From positions 1 to 41,474 of the forward strand of contig JALVEU010000057.1 of the NCBI GenBank assembly GCA_027030565.1: a stretch of DNA of 41,474 nt. The letters run 5' to 3'. The position numbers and the translations under genes are program-made. Shown here piece after piece: positions 10,097 to 18,388 of this stretch. Within the stretch, counting starts at the first letter, position 1; each line of letters starts with the position of its first letter. The stretch is from Gammaproteobacteria bacterium (GTDB taxonomy: Bacteria > Pseudomonadota > Gammaproteobacteria > JAJDOJ01). The notes beneath the pieces are model-generated. The model searched no databases, had not been told where the DNA came from, and saw nothing but the letters and a program-made list of their open reading frames with translations.

Positions 10097-11671
10097 ATGG
10101 GCGCTGCATTCAAAGTGGTCTTCCCAGGGAGGACTCGGCCGGGGGAGAAGCGGTCTGGTGGCAAACCCGGTCGAGTGACGGCGGCGCTTTTCATCCTGGC
10201 TGTCGCCGTGGGCTTCATCGGGATGGGCTTCTACCTCCAGGAACGGATGGCCCGTCTCGCCGGTTGGCCACAGGCCCCCGCCCAGATCCTGGAGAGCCGA
10301 CTCGAACAGGTCCAGCACGGCTCGACACGCCCCGGCAATCGGGCATGGCAGCCCCATATCCTCTACCGCTACGAGGTCCAGGGCCGCAGCTACGTGGGCG
10401 AGCGCGTCGGGGCCTTGACGCTCGGCAGTGATTTCCCGTCGTTGGTGGAGTCCGTGGTCCGGCGCCATCCGGCGGGCAGCCAAACCCGCGTGCACTACAA
10501 CCCGGCCGATCCAGCCGAGGCCGTGCTGGAGCCCACCTGGGGGCGCCCCTTCGCCCACGGCCTGATCTGGGCGGGACTGGCCCTGGGCTTCATCGGCCTG
10601 CTCGCCCTGCGACGGGCCCGCTCGCCCCGGCCCGAGGCGGCGACGAGGGCCAGCGTCACCCGGCCGCCGGCCCCGAAAACGCAGCCTCGCGGCCCGGTGG
10701 TGACCGATCGAGGCCGAGAGGACCGGCGCAGGATCCTGCTGCTGGGGGGATTCGTGGCCATCCTGGTGGGCGGCTATTGGATGTATGCGCACGTCCTGGA
10801 ACCCATGCTCACCGGCATGGGGGAGCGCCCAGCGCAGCAAGCGGCGCGGCCGGTCGTCGCCACGCCACCGCCATCGCCACCGCGCGTCACGGCGCGCACG
10901 CAGCCGCAGAGGGCGGCCCAGAGCGCGACGAAGGCGCCACCCTCCCAGACCGCTGCTGTGGGTAGCCAGCCGGAGGCCTCGGTGCCCGGGGCGGCGCAAT
11001 GGACGGTGATCACGAACGCATCCGCCGCCCCCGCCCAGACGGTGTTCATCTCTCGGCTGCAGGTGCGGCCCTGGCGCTTGGCGGCGGGGGAACGCCGCGT
11101 ACCCCTCTCCAAGCACCTGTCCGGCTGCACGCTCCCCGCCGGATCCTATCCCGCCGATAGCGCCGCGCCCTGGTACGGCCGCGTGGTCCTGCACGGCACC
11201 GCGCATTGCATCGCCATCACCGGCTGGGAACACGGTCGGCCCCTGCTCTGGTTCGACCGTGCGGGCGACGGCAGCCTGGCCGACGCCCCCCCATGGAAAA
11301 ACCAAGGCAGCGGGCGCCTGGCCGCCCGGGTGCGACTGCCGATGCCGGACCCCGAGGTGCGCGCGGCCCACCCCACCAACGCGTATTACACGCTGTGGAT
11401 GTGGATTCGTGAGGTCGATGGGCGGCCGGTGGCCTACTACTACCCCACCGTGGAGCTCGAAGGCGCGGTGAATCTTGCGGGCACACGGCGCAAGGTGGTG
11501 GTGGCCGAGCGGCACGACGCCATGGACGGCGACTTCACCGACGACGGGGTCTACGTGGATCTGAACGGCGACGGCAAGCTTTCGCGTCGCGAGTACGTCG
11601 CACCCTCGGCCCGGATCCGCACACCCACGGGGACCCTCTGGCAGCTGGTCGTCGCCCCAGGCTCGGGTTGA
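10097..11671 (+). CDS. DUF3592-type membrane protein with Pro/Ala-rich linkers and a long C-terminal extracytoplasmic domain
   Basis: Start set at ATG 10097 (MGAAFKVVF...). A TM helix precedes a DUF3592-like block (WPQAPAQILESRLEQV...HILYRYEVQGRSYVGERV...TRVHYNPADPAEAVLEP), then a second TM. After that come an Arg/Pro linker, a third TM, a Pro/Ala-rich tract and an approximately 220-aa domain ending in a DxDxDG-like motif (VDLNGDGKLS). Confidence 0.7.
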   Translation: MGAAFKVVFPGRTRPGEKRSGGKPGRVTAALFILAVAVGFIGMGFYLQERMARLAGWPQAPAQILESRLEQVQHGSTRPGNRAWQPHILYRYEVQGRSYVGERVGALTLGSDFPSLVESVVRRHPAGSQTRVHYNPADPAEAVLEPTWGRPFAHGLIWAGLALGFIGLLALRRARSPRPEAATRASVTRPPAPKTQPRGPVVTDRGREDRRRILLLGGFVAILVGGYWMYAHVLEPMLTGMGERPAQQAARPVVATPPPSPPRVTARTQPQRAAQSATKAPPSQTAAVGSQPEASVPGAAQWTVITNASAAPAQTVFISRLQVRPWRLAAGERRVPLSKHLSGCTLPAGSYPADSAAPWYGRVVLHGTAHCIAITGWEHGRPLLWFDRAGDGSLADAPPWKNQGSGRLAARVRLPMPDPEVRAAHPTNAYYTLWMWIREVDGRPVAYYYPTVELEGAVNLAGTRRKVVVAERHDAMDGDFTDDGVYVDLNGDGKLSRREYVAPSARIRTPTGTLWQLVVAPGSG

Positions 11672-11784
11672 GCGCTCATACTCCCACACGCACAGTCGCG
11701 AAACGCCGCGACTCGCGCCCCGCCGCAAGCCTTCGTCGAGACCCGTGAGCGTGGTCCATCCGCCCGGCCGCCAGCTCGGATCGC

Positions 11785-12807
11785 TCATGAGCCCTGCTCC
11801 ACAGGGGCCTCGTGGCCTCCGAAGGCATAACGCATGGCCGACAGCACACGATTGGCGAACTCGGCCTCGCCGCGGGATGCGAACCGGTCGAACAGGGCCG
11901 CGCTCAGCACGTGGATGGGCACCCCGGCCTCCACGGCGGCGATACTGGTCCAGCGTCCCTCTCCCGAGTCCGCAACCTGGTTGGAAAAGCTCGCCAGTGC
12001 CGGGTCCTGGTGCAGGACCTGCGCGGTCAGATCGAGCAGCCACGAACCGATGACGCTGCCGCGCCGCCACAGCTCCGTGACCTCGGACAGGTCGATGGCA
12101 TACTGAAAGGCCTCGGGCTCGCGCAGGGGCGCCGTCTCGGCATCGGCTCGCCGGTCGGCACGACCGATCCCCATGTGTTGCAGGAGGTTCAGGCCCTCGG
12201 CATAGGCCGCCATGAGTCCGTACTCGATGCCGTTGTGCACCATCTTCACCAGGTGGCCGGCACCGGCCGGGCCGCAATGCAGCCAGCCCTGCTCGGCGGG
12301 CGTCGGCGGGCCCTCGCGTCCCGGTGTGCGCGGCGCGGCCTCCACCCCCGGGGCCAGGGCCGTGAAGATGGGCTCGAGGGCTGTCACGACGTCCGGCTCA
12401 CCGCCGATCATGAGGCAGTAGCCGCGCTCCCGTCCCCACACCCCGCCGCTGGTGCCCACGTCCACGTAGTGGATCCCGATCTCGGCCAACCGCCGGGCGC
12501 GGACGATGTCGTCCTTGTAGTAGGAATTGCCCCCATCGATGAGCACGTCGCCACGCTCCACCAGTGGCGCCAGGTCCTCGATCAGCCCGTCCACGTGGGC
12601 GGCGGGAATCATCATCCAGATCCGCCGCGGCGGGGAGAGGTTTGCCACCAGCGCTTCCAGGCTTCCGGCCCCGAGGGCACCGGCCCCCACCAGCGCCTGT
12701 ACCGCGTCCGCATCCCGGTCGTACACCACACAGTCGTGGCCCCGGTCCATGAGCCGGAGCACCATGTTGGCGCCCATGCGCCCCAGTCCGATCATTCCCA
12801 GTTGCAT
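11785..12807 (-). CDS. gnd: 6-phosphogluconate dehydrogenase (decarboxylating), short YqeC/Gnd-like form
   Basis: 340 aa. MQLGMIGLGRMGANMVLRL is the Rossmann motif. GGNSYYKDD, GTSGGVWG and VKMVHNGIEYGLMAAYAEG are signatures of the short 6PGDH family. Confidence 0.88.
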   Translation of the reverse strand: MQLGMIGLGRMGANMVLRLMDRGHDCVVYDRDADAVQALVGAGALGAGSLEALVANLSPPRRIWMMIPAAHVDGLIEDLAPLVERGDVLIDGGNSYYKDDIVRARRLAEIGIHYVDVGTSGGVWGRERGYCLMIGGEPDVVTALEPIFTALAPGVEAAPRTPGREGPPTPAEQGWLHCGPAGAGHLVKMVHNGIEYGLMAAYAEGLNLLQHMGIGRADRRADAETAPLREPEAFQYAIDLSEVTELWRRGSVIGSWLLDLTAQVLHQDPALASFSNQVADSGEGRWTSIAAVEAGVPIHVLSAALFDRFASRGEAEFANRVLSAMRYAFGGHEAPVEQGS

Positions 12808-12895
12808 CTTCTGACTCCTGTTGCCGTGGTGCCCGCCCTCAGAAACGAACAGGCGGGCCGATACCGGGCTGCTGCATGCAAGGCCGGCAAGTGTT

Positions 12896-13933
12896 TCAGG
12901 ACCGTGTCGCCTCCAGCCTGCGGGCCGCGTAAACGGCCGGACCGTACAGCGCGGTGCGATCGTTGAGGATCACCTGCACCGGCACGCGCTCCAGCAACGG
13001 ACGCATGCGGCCCTTGTCGAGGAAGGCCTGTATAAAGCCGTCGTCTTGCAGGGCCCCGAGGATCTTCGGCGCGATGCCGCCACCCAGATACAGCCCGCCG
13101 GTGGCCATGTGCTTGAGCGCCAGGTTCCCGGCCTCGGCGCCGTAGAGGCGGACAAACAGCCCCAGGGCCTCGGCGCAAAGCCCATCGCGCCCTTCTTGGG
13201 CCGCACGGGAGATGGCCGCCGCCCCATCCCCGATGCGCATCTCCTCCTCCAGCCACTGGGGCATCGGGACGGCACGCTCTTCGCGCAGGAATGCATGGAT
13301 CGCCACGAGCCCCGGCCCGGAGAGGACCCGCTCCCAGCTGACGTGCCCATGGCGCGCACGCAGGAAGCGAAGGAGTGCGATCTCCAGGTCGCTGCCTGGC
13401 GCGAAATCCGCATGCCCGCCCTCAGTGGCGAAGGGGTGCCAGCCGCCCCGGTCCCTACAGATACCCGCCTCGCCGAGCCCGGTGCCTGCGGCGATGACCG
13501 CCGCGTTGCCCTCAGGGTCCGGATCCCCCTCGTGCAGGGTGTGCAGGTCTTCTGGCCCCAGGGCCTGTATCCCCCAGGCGTTGGCCTCCAGATCGTTCAG
13601 CAGGAAGACCCGATCAATGGAAAAGCGCTTGGCCAGTGCGTCGGCCTGCACCCGCCAGGGCAGATTGGTGGTGCGCGCCCGCCCGTCGCGCACCGGGCCC
13701 GCGATGCCGAAACAGGCGGCCTGCACGGACGCCGGATGGTCGCTGAAGAACACCGTGAGGATCGCCTCCAGGGAGGCATGGGCGGCACTTCGGTAGGTCG
13801 CCTCCACCACAGAATGCACCCTGGCACCGGCCACCTCCACCACGGCCAGGCGCGTCTTGGTTCCGCCGATGTCGCCGGCGAGCACGCGCACCGAATGGGA
13901 TCGTCTGGTATTCATGCCATCGCATCCTGCCAT
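12896..13933 (-). CDS. glk: Glucokinase
   Basis: 345 aa. VLAGDIGGTKTRLAV is the phosphate-1 motif. NDLEANAWG, AAGTGLGEA and GGLYLGGGIAPKI are typical bacterial Glk motifs. The start could also be ATG 13915. Confidence 0.88.
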   Translation of the reverse strand: MAGCDGMNTRRSHSVRVLAGDIGGTKTRLAVVEVAGARVHSVVEATYRSAAHASLEAILTVFFSDHPASVQAACFGIAGPVRDGRARTTNLPWRVQADALAKRFSIDRVFLLNDLEANAWGIQALGPEDLHTLHEGDPDPEGNAAVIAAGTGLGEAGICRDRGGWHPFATEGGHADFAPGSDLEIALLRFLRARHGHVSWERVLSGPGLVAIHAFLREERAVPMPQWLEEEMRIGDGAAAISRAAQEGRDGLCAEALGLFVRLYGAEAGNLALKHMATGGLYLGGGIAPKILGALQDDGFIQAFLDKGRMRPLLERVPVQVILNDRTALYGPAVYAARRLEATRS

Positions 13934-14087
13934 AGAGGAGCCTCGCTTCGCCCCAGACTACGCCGGGGGCAGCCTGCTGGATGCACCCGCCGCAGGGAAC
14001 GTGCAAGGACCGATCGAATCCCTTTTCCAGCGACAGAGGCGGATCCAACAGTGGTCGGGACCGCGCCAAGCGCGTGGAACCCCGCTC

Positions 14088-14117
14088 GTTGACGATGTCA
14101 ACAAGCCCGCCAATACT
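14088..14117 (+). promoter_or_regulatory. Sigma70-like promoter candidate (TTGACG-17 nt-AATACT) whose -35 lies inside the palindrome GTTGAC-GAT-GTCAAC
   Basis: About 55-85 bp upstream of ATG 14172. The -35 matches 5/6 and the -10 matches 4/6, with a 17-nt spacer. The perfect 6-3-6 inverted repeat at 14088-14102 overlaps the -35. Confidence 0.35.
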
Positions 14118-14171
14118 CCATGCAGGGAGTGAAACACAACCCGTTCCGGACCACCAGAGAAGAGAACCGCC

Positions 14172-16232
14172 ATGGCCACCATCCACTTCCAAGGCCGGAC
14201 CTTCGACGCCCGCCCCGATCGCATCGATTTTCGCGACCGCCTGTACCGCCCTGCCCTCGAATCGCTGCCCCCGTGCTTTCCCGCTTCCCACGTGGTGGAG
14301 CAGTATCTGCCCCGGTACCAGAAAGCTCGCCTCGTGTTGGACCAGGGCAAAGAGGGGGCATGCACGGGATTCGGCCTCGCTGCCGTCATCAACTACCTGT
14401 ATTTCCGACGCGCCCTGGAAGAGGCCGAACGCAATGGGACCGAGCCGGCCCTGCCATCGAGGGTGAGCACCCGCATGCTCTACCACATGGCACGCCTGTA
14501 CGACGAATGGGAAGGTGAGGACTACGAGGGGTCCAGTTGCCGCGGGGCCATGAAAGGCTGGCGCAAACACGGTGTCTGCGCGGAGGACTTCTGGCCATAC
14601 CGAGAGAACGACAAGGTTCGCTTCATCAAGCCCCGAGACGGCTGGCAGCAGGATGCCGCACAACGTCCCCTGGGGGCGTATTACCGAATCGACAAGGACT
14701 CCATTGTGGATATGCAGGCGGCCCTGCTGGAAGTGGGCGCCATCTATGTCTCGGCCAGTGTCCATGAAGGATGGTACCTGGATTCCGCCACCGAGCTGCC
14801 CATCATCGAGCTCAGGGAAGAGCCCGTGGGCGGGCACGCCTTCGCGTTGGTGGGCTATACGGCGGACGGATTCATCGTCCAGAACTCCTGGGGCGGCGAC
14901 TGGGGCTTTCACGGGTTCGCCATCCTCCAATACCCGGACTGGGTGAAGAACGGCAACGATGCCTGGGTGGCGGTCATGGGTGCACCCATGCGGGTCCCGG
15001 CCCCGGCATCGGTCAGCTCGGTCTCCCTCCAGGGCCTGGCGGCAGGGGAGGAGCGCCGTGCACAAGGTGTAAGCCCGGCCCCAAGGGCCGGCTTCCAGTA
15101 CCGACACCCCGACGCGGCCCCCTGGTCTGAGGAGCGGGCCTACCGGCACACCTTGGTGATGGGCAACGATGGAAGGGTCCTGAATCGGCTCATCGATGTG
15201 GAAAATGCCGAAGCGGCGATCACAGAAGTCCTCCTGGAACGGCCCCAGGAATGGCTCGCCCGACGGCGCGGCCAGCGCAGGCTTGCGCTATACGCCCACG
15301 GTGGGCTGAATGACGAGGCCGCCTCAGTGGCCCGCATCCGCATCATGGCGCCCTACTATGAGGCCAACGGCATCTATCCCCTGTTCCTCACCTGGCGCAC
15401 CGGCTTTATGGAGAGCATCCAGGGCATCATCGAAGACGCCATCGACGACATCTTTGGCCGAGAGCGCTTCCGCGCGGCCGGCTGGGACTTGGGCAAGTTC
15501 GTGAAAGATGCCCGAGACCGAGCCATCGAGGCGGTGGCTGAACGCATCCTCGTCAAGCCCATATGGACGCAGATGAAACAAAACGCCGATGCGGCGGCGG
15601 ACCGGGGCAACGGCCTCTGGCACACGGCTCGGGCGCTGGAAATGCTCAAGGCGCGCTGGCCGGAACTCCGGGTGCACCTGGTGGGCCATTCGGCCGGATC
15701 GATCCTTCTGGGCCATCTCTTGGAACGGACCCTCCGGGCCGGGCTGCCCATAGACGGCGTCCATTTGTACGCGCCCGCCTGCACCATGGGATTCGCCAAC
15801 AGGACCTATGGGCGAGCCATGGATCGAGGCCTCCTGCGTCCCGAGGCCGTGACCATAGACAACCTCACCGATGAACGGGAGCGGGCCGACTCCGTGGGCC
15901 CCTACGGCAAGTCGCTCCTGTACCTGGTGAGCCGTGCCCTGGAGGTGGTGCACAAAATGCCGTTGCTGGGATTGGCGGCAGCCTGGAACGAGGAAGACCC
16001 TTCCGACCTATGGAACCGGGACAGACGCCGCGACATCGTCCGCTGGATGCGCAAGTGGGGAGACCGGGTCACCCTGACCCTTCAAGACAAAGAGATGGTC
16101 TTCGACGGGCAGACCTCGATCCCGGCTGCCCACGGGGCCTTCGACAACGATGTTGAAGTGGTGACCCGGACCCTGGAACGAATCCGGGGTGGGCCCCTGA
16201 AGGTCCCTGTAGAGAATCTGCATGGCTTCTGA
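14172..16232 (+). CDS. Two-domain hydrolase: N-terminal papain-like (C1) cysteine peptidase fused to a C-terminal alpha/beta-hydrolase (GxSxG) domain; no signal peptide
   Basis: 686 aa. The papain tetrad is in canonical spacing: Q and C in DQGKEGACTGFG, H in VGGHAFALVGY, N in IVQNSWGGDWG. In the C-terminal half, LALYAHGGLNDE is the strand before the oxyanion region and VHLVGHSAGSILLG is a nucleophile elbow. Confidence 0.8.
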   Translation: MATIHFQGRTFDARPDRIDFRDRLYRPALESLPPCFPASHVVEQYLPRYQKARLVLDQGKEGACTGFGLAAVINYLYFRRALEEAERNGTEPALPSRVSTRMLYHMARLYDEWEGEDYEGSSCRGAMKGWRKHGVCAEDFWPYRENDKVRFIKPRDGWQQDAAQRPLGAYYRIDKDSIVDMQAALLEVGAIYVSASVHEGWYLDSATELPIIELREEPVGGHAFALVGYTADGFIVQNSWGGDWGFHGFAILQYPDWVKNGNDAWVAVMGAPMRVPAPASVSSVSLQGLAAGEERRAQGVSPAPRAGFQYRHPDAAPWSEERAYRHTLVMGNDGRVLNRLIDVENAEAAITEVLLERPQEWLARRRGQRRLALYAHGGLNDEAASVARIRIMAPYYEANGIYPLFLTWRTGFMESIQGIIEDAIDDIFGRERFRAAGWDLGKFVKDARDRAIEAVAERILVKPIWTQMKQNADAAADRGNGLWHTARALEMLKARWPELRVHLVGHSAGSILLGHLLERTLRAGLPIDGVHLYAPACTMGFANRTYGRAMDRGLLRPEAVTIDNLTDERERADSVGPYGKSLLYLVSRALEVVHKMPLLGLAAAWNEEDPSDLWNRDRRRDIVRWMRKWGDRVTLTLQDKEMVFDGQTSIPAAHGAFDNDVEVVTRTLERIRGGPLKVPVENLHGF

Positions 16233-16275
16233 GCGGGGGCTTCCGGGGACACGGGCAGAACGTCGGGGCCGTTGC

Positions 16276-17055
16276 TCAGGCATGGGCCCCAATCACCTTA
16301 CCATCGATGAGCCAGCGTGCCATCAGCGCGGCGGCACGCTCGGGGACGTAGGCCTCGTCGATCCATTCCACCAGCCCGGCGCAGACCTCGGCGAAGGGCG
16401 CCCCCGCACGCATTCGGTCCAGCGCCCAGGCCTCGTCCACCTCCAGTGAGCGGAACCAGGTGCGCAGCTCGCGGCGCCAGATCACCCAGCCGACGGGATA
16501 GGGACCGCGCTCGGGGGCCACCGGCTCCCTTCCGTCGTCGATGGCCTGCCAGAGCTGCACCGTGTTCCATTGGAGATCCAGGCGCTGCACCGAGGGATGG
16601 AAGTCGAGTCGCAGCCCGGCCCAGGCCTGCGGTGGCAGGGCGGCCAGATCGGCCCGTGCCAGCGGTGCGGCATCGGCCGCGTCGAAGGCGTCGCGCAGCG
16701 CCCACTCGAAGGCGGCCATCTCGGCCAGGATCGGCTGCTCGCACCAGGGCGCACGTTCGGCCAGGTACGCAGCCAGGCGGTCGCCGAACCAGCGGATGGA
16801 GCGGTACGTGGAAGGGTGGGCCTCGATGTAGCTTCGCGCCAGGGCGTCGAAGCGGGCATCGCCGAGCAGCGTGTGTACCGCAGGATAACTGTCGGCCAGC
16901 GCCTCGGCGAGCCGCAGCCCATAGGCGTTGCGGTAGACCTCCAGCCGAGTCTGCAACGGCAGACGACCGTCGTCGGCCACGTCGGCGGCAAGCTCGGGAT
17001 CGCCCTGCAACAGCCAGCGCATGAACCGGCCCTGCAGTGCTGCGAGCTCAGACAT
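16276..17055 (-). CDS. DUF2063-family partner protein of MNIO maturases (BufC/HvfC type)
   Basis: Start at ATG 17055 (MSELAALQGRFMRWLLQG...), which overlaps the upstream stop in ATGTCTGA. LQTRLEVYRNAYGLRLAEAL...FDALARSYIEAHPS...IRWFG is the DUF2063 N-terminal signature. Confidence 0.8.
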   Translation of the reverse strand: MSELAALQGRFMRWLLQGDPELAADVADDGRLPLQTRLEVYRNAYGLRLAEALADSYPAVHTLLGDARFDALARSYIEAHPSTYRSIRWFGDRLAAYLAERAPWCEQPILAEMAAFEWALRDAFDAADAAPLARADLAALPPQAWAGLRLDFHPSVQRLDLQWNTVQLWQAIDDGREPVAPERGPYPVGWVIWRRELRTWFRSLEVDEAWALDRMRAGAPFAEVCAGLVEWIDEAYVPERAAALMARWLIDGKVIGAHA

Positions 17056-17893
17056 GGGCGGCGGCCTGGGCGCCTTCGGCGATCTCCCGCATCCGCTCCA
17101 CCTCCTCCATGAGCACCTCGAGCGGCGGGATGTCGGCATCGCGCTCGATCATGCACGAGACCGGCCCGAAACGCTGCACGGCCGCCTCGTAGAGGCGCCA
17201 CACCGGGTCGGGCACCGGGTGGTCGTGGGTGTCGATGACGTGATCCCCATAGTCCTGGTGGCCAGCCAGGTGGTGCTGTTGCACACGCTCGGCGGGCACG
17301 CCCGCCAGGTACTCCAGCGGATCGAAGCCGTGATTGCGGGCGCTCACGTAGATGTTGTTGATGTCGAGCAGGATCAGGCAGTCGGCCTCCTCGGCCACCG
17401 CGCCCAGGAATGCCCACTCGCTCATCTCCGAGCTGCGATAGCTCAGATACGAGGAGACGTTCTCGATCAGGATGCGCCGGCCCAGAAAGTCCTGCACCTG
17501 CCGGATGCGCCGCGCCACGTGCCGCACCGCCTCGCCGGTATACGGCAGTGGCAAGAGGTCGTGTGCATTGATGCCGCCGGCGCCGGTGAAGCAGAGATGG
17601 TCCGAGATCCACGCGGGCTCGATGCGCTCGACCAGCGCCTTGACCTGGCGCAGGTAGTCCCAGTCCAGTGGATCGGTGCCGCCCACCGAGAGCGACACCC
17701 CGTGGAGCACCACCGAATACCGGGCGCGCACCTGCTCGAGGAAGTGTAGGGGCTTGCCACCTGGGACCAGGTAATTCTCGGTGATGGCCTCGAACCAGTC
17801 GATCTGGGGAGGCTCATCCAGGATGGACTGGTAGTGCTCCTTGCGCAGGCCCAGGCCGATACCGAGATGGGGATAGGTGAGAGAAACCGTCAC
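17048..17893 (-). CDS. DUF692 / MNIO (multinuclear non-haem iron oxidative) peptide-modifying enzyme (BufB/HvfB/MbnB-like)
   Basis: The GTG at about 17893 gives VTVSLTYPHLGIGLGLRKEHY. WFEAITENY, VLHGVSLSVGG, ISDHLCFTG, ILIENVSSY and HLAGH.....IDTHDHPV form the TIM-barrel DUF692 motif series. The track ORF (to 18058) runs into the precursor gene and is trimmed. Confidence 0.88.
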   Translation of the reverse strand: MTVSLTYPHLGIGLGLRKEHYQSILDEPPQIDWFEAITENYLVPGGKPLHFLEQVRARYSVVLHGVSLSVGGTDPLDWDYLRQVKALVERIEPAWISDHLCFTGAGGINAHDLLPLPYTGEAVRHVARRIRQVQDFLGRRILIENVSSYLSYRSSEMSEWAFLGAVAEEADCLILLDINNIYVSARNHGFDPLEYLAGVPAERVQQHHLAGHQDYGDHVIDTHDHPVPDPVWRLYEAAVQRFGPVSCMIERDADIPPLEVLMEEVERMREIAEGAQAAAHV

Positions 17894-17936
17894 GGCGAGA
17901 AGACCCCCGGCCGGAGCCGGGGGATGTCGAAGGATC

Positions 17937-18206
17937 CTACTTGCCGTTCTGGGCGACCGTGCCCCCCTTTTCCTTGCACTCCTTCTCGCTGCTGGTGGGC
18001 AGCCAGCCCTGTCCCTTGCAGGCGTTCTGGCCCTTGCAGGCGTTCTTGGCCGTGGCACAGGCCGTCTGGCCCTTGCAGGAATTGATCCCGTAACAGTGCA
18101 CCTTGCCTTCGCTGGCAGCGGCCTGCTGGGGGACGGCGGTGCCGGCCAACATCAGTCCGGCGATGGCCGCCAGGGCAGCGGCGGTGGTCTTTTGTTGCGT
18201 CTTCAT
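17937..18206 (-). CDS. Cys-rich, Sec-signal-bearing RiPP precursor (DUF2282 / BufA-type metallophore precursor)
   Basis: This is the last 89 codons of the 482-aa track ORF. ATG 18206 follows GGAGGAG. The sequence is [31 protein letters not shown]|[58 protein letters not shown]. The core has six Cys and three CKGQ units. It lies immediately upstream of the DUF692 gene. Confidence 0.85.
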   Translation of the reverse strand: MKTQQKTTAAALAAIAGLMLAGTAVPQQAAASEGKVHCYGINSCKGQTACATAKNACKGQNACKGQGWLPTSSEKECKEKGGTVAQNGK

Positions 18207-18388
18207 CGGATGGTTTCTCCTCCACGGTGGACGTTGGATCACCCGGCGCCCTGCAGGCGCCCGTGTCGATGCCCGGGCCTGCGCCTCGGGCACCAAAGAC
18301 CAAATACGCCGTTTTAAACCCCTTGGATGCACCCGGGCGGAAAAATTCCCGAGCCTCGCCACGCTCCGTTGGACGCGGCGGTCGCGGA

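Noticed and set aside
10088-12277. 729-aa minus-strand ORF, one of the longest in the track
   Set aside because: It is antisense to the DUF3592 gene and out of frame across gnd. Its Arg/Gly/Pro/Ala-dominated composition is typical of shadow ORFs in high-GC DNA, and I recognised no motifs. The same reasoning applies to 1065-2258(+), 8045-9607(+), 7863-9086(-), 13614-15149(-), 16482-17612(-), 18695-20722(+), 21543-22715(-), 22625-23683(-), 23840-25681(-), 31464-33134(-), 35586-37046(-) and 38200-40182(+).
14172-18206. Functional link between the papain/alpha-beta-hydrolase gene and the RiPP cluster (for example a leader peptidase)
   Set aside because: The genes are convergent with separate promoters. 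The precursor has an ordinary Sec signal that signal peptidase would remove. The hydrolase has no export signal, although the peptide is predicted to be periplasmic. Adjacency alone is not evidence.
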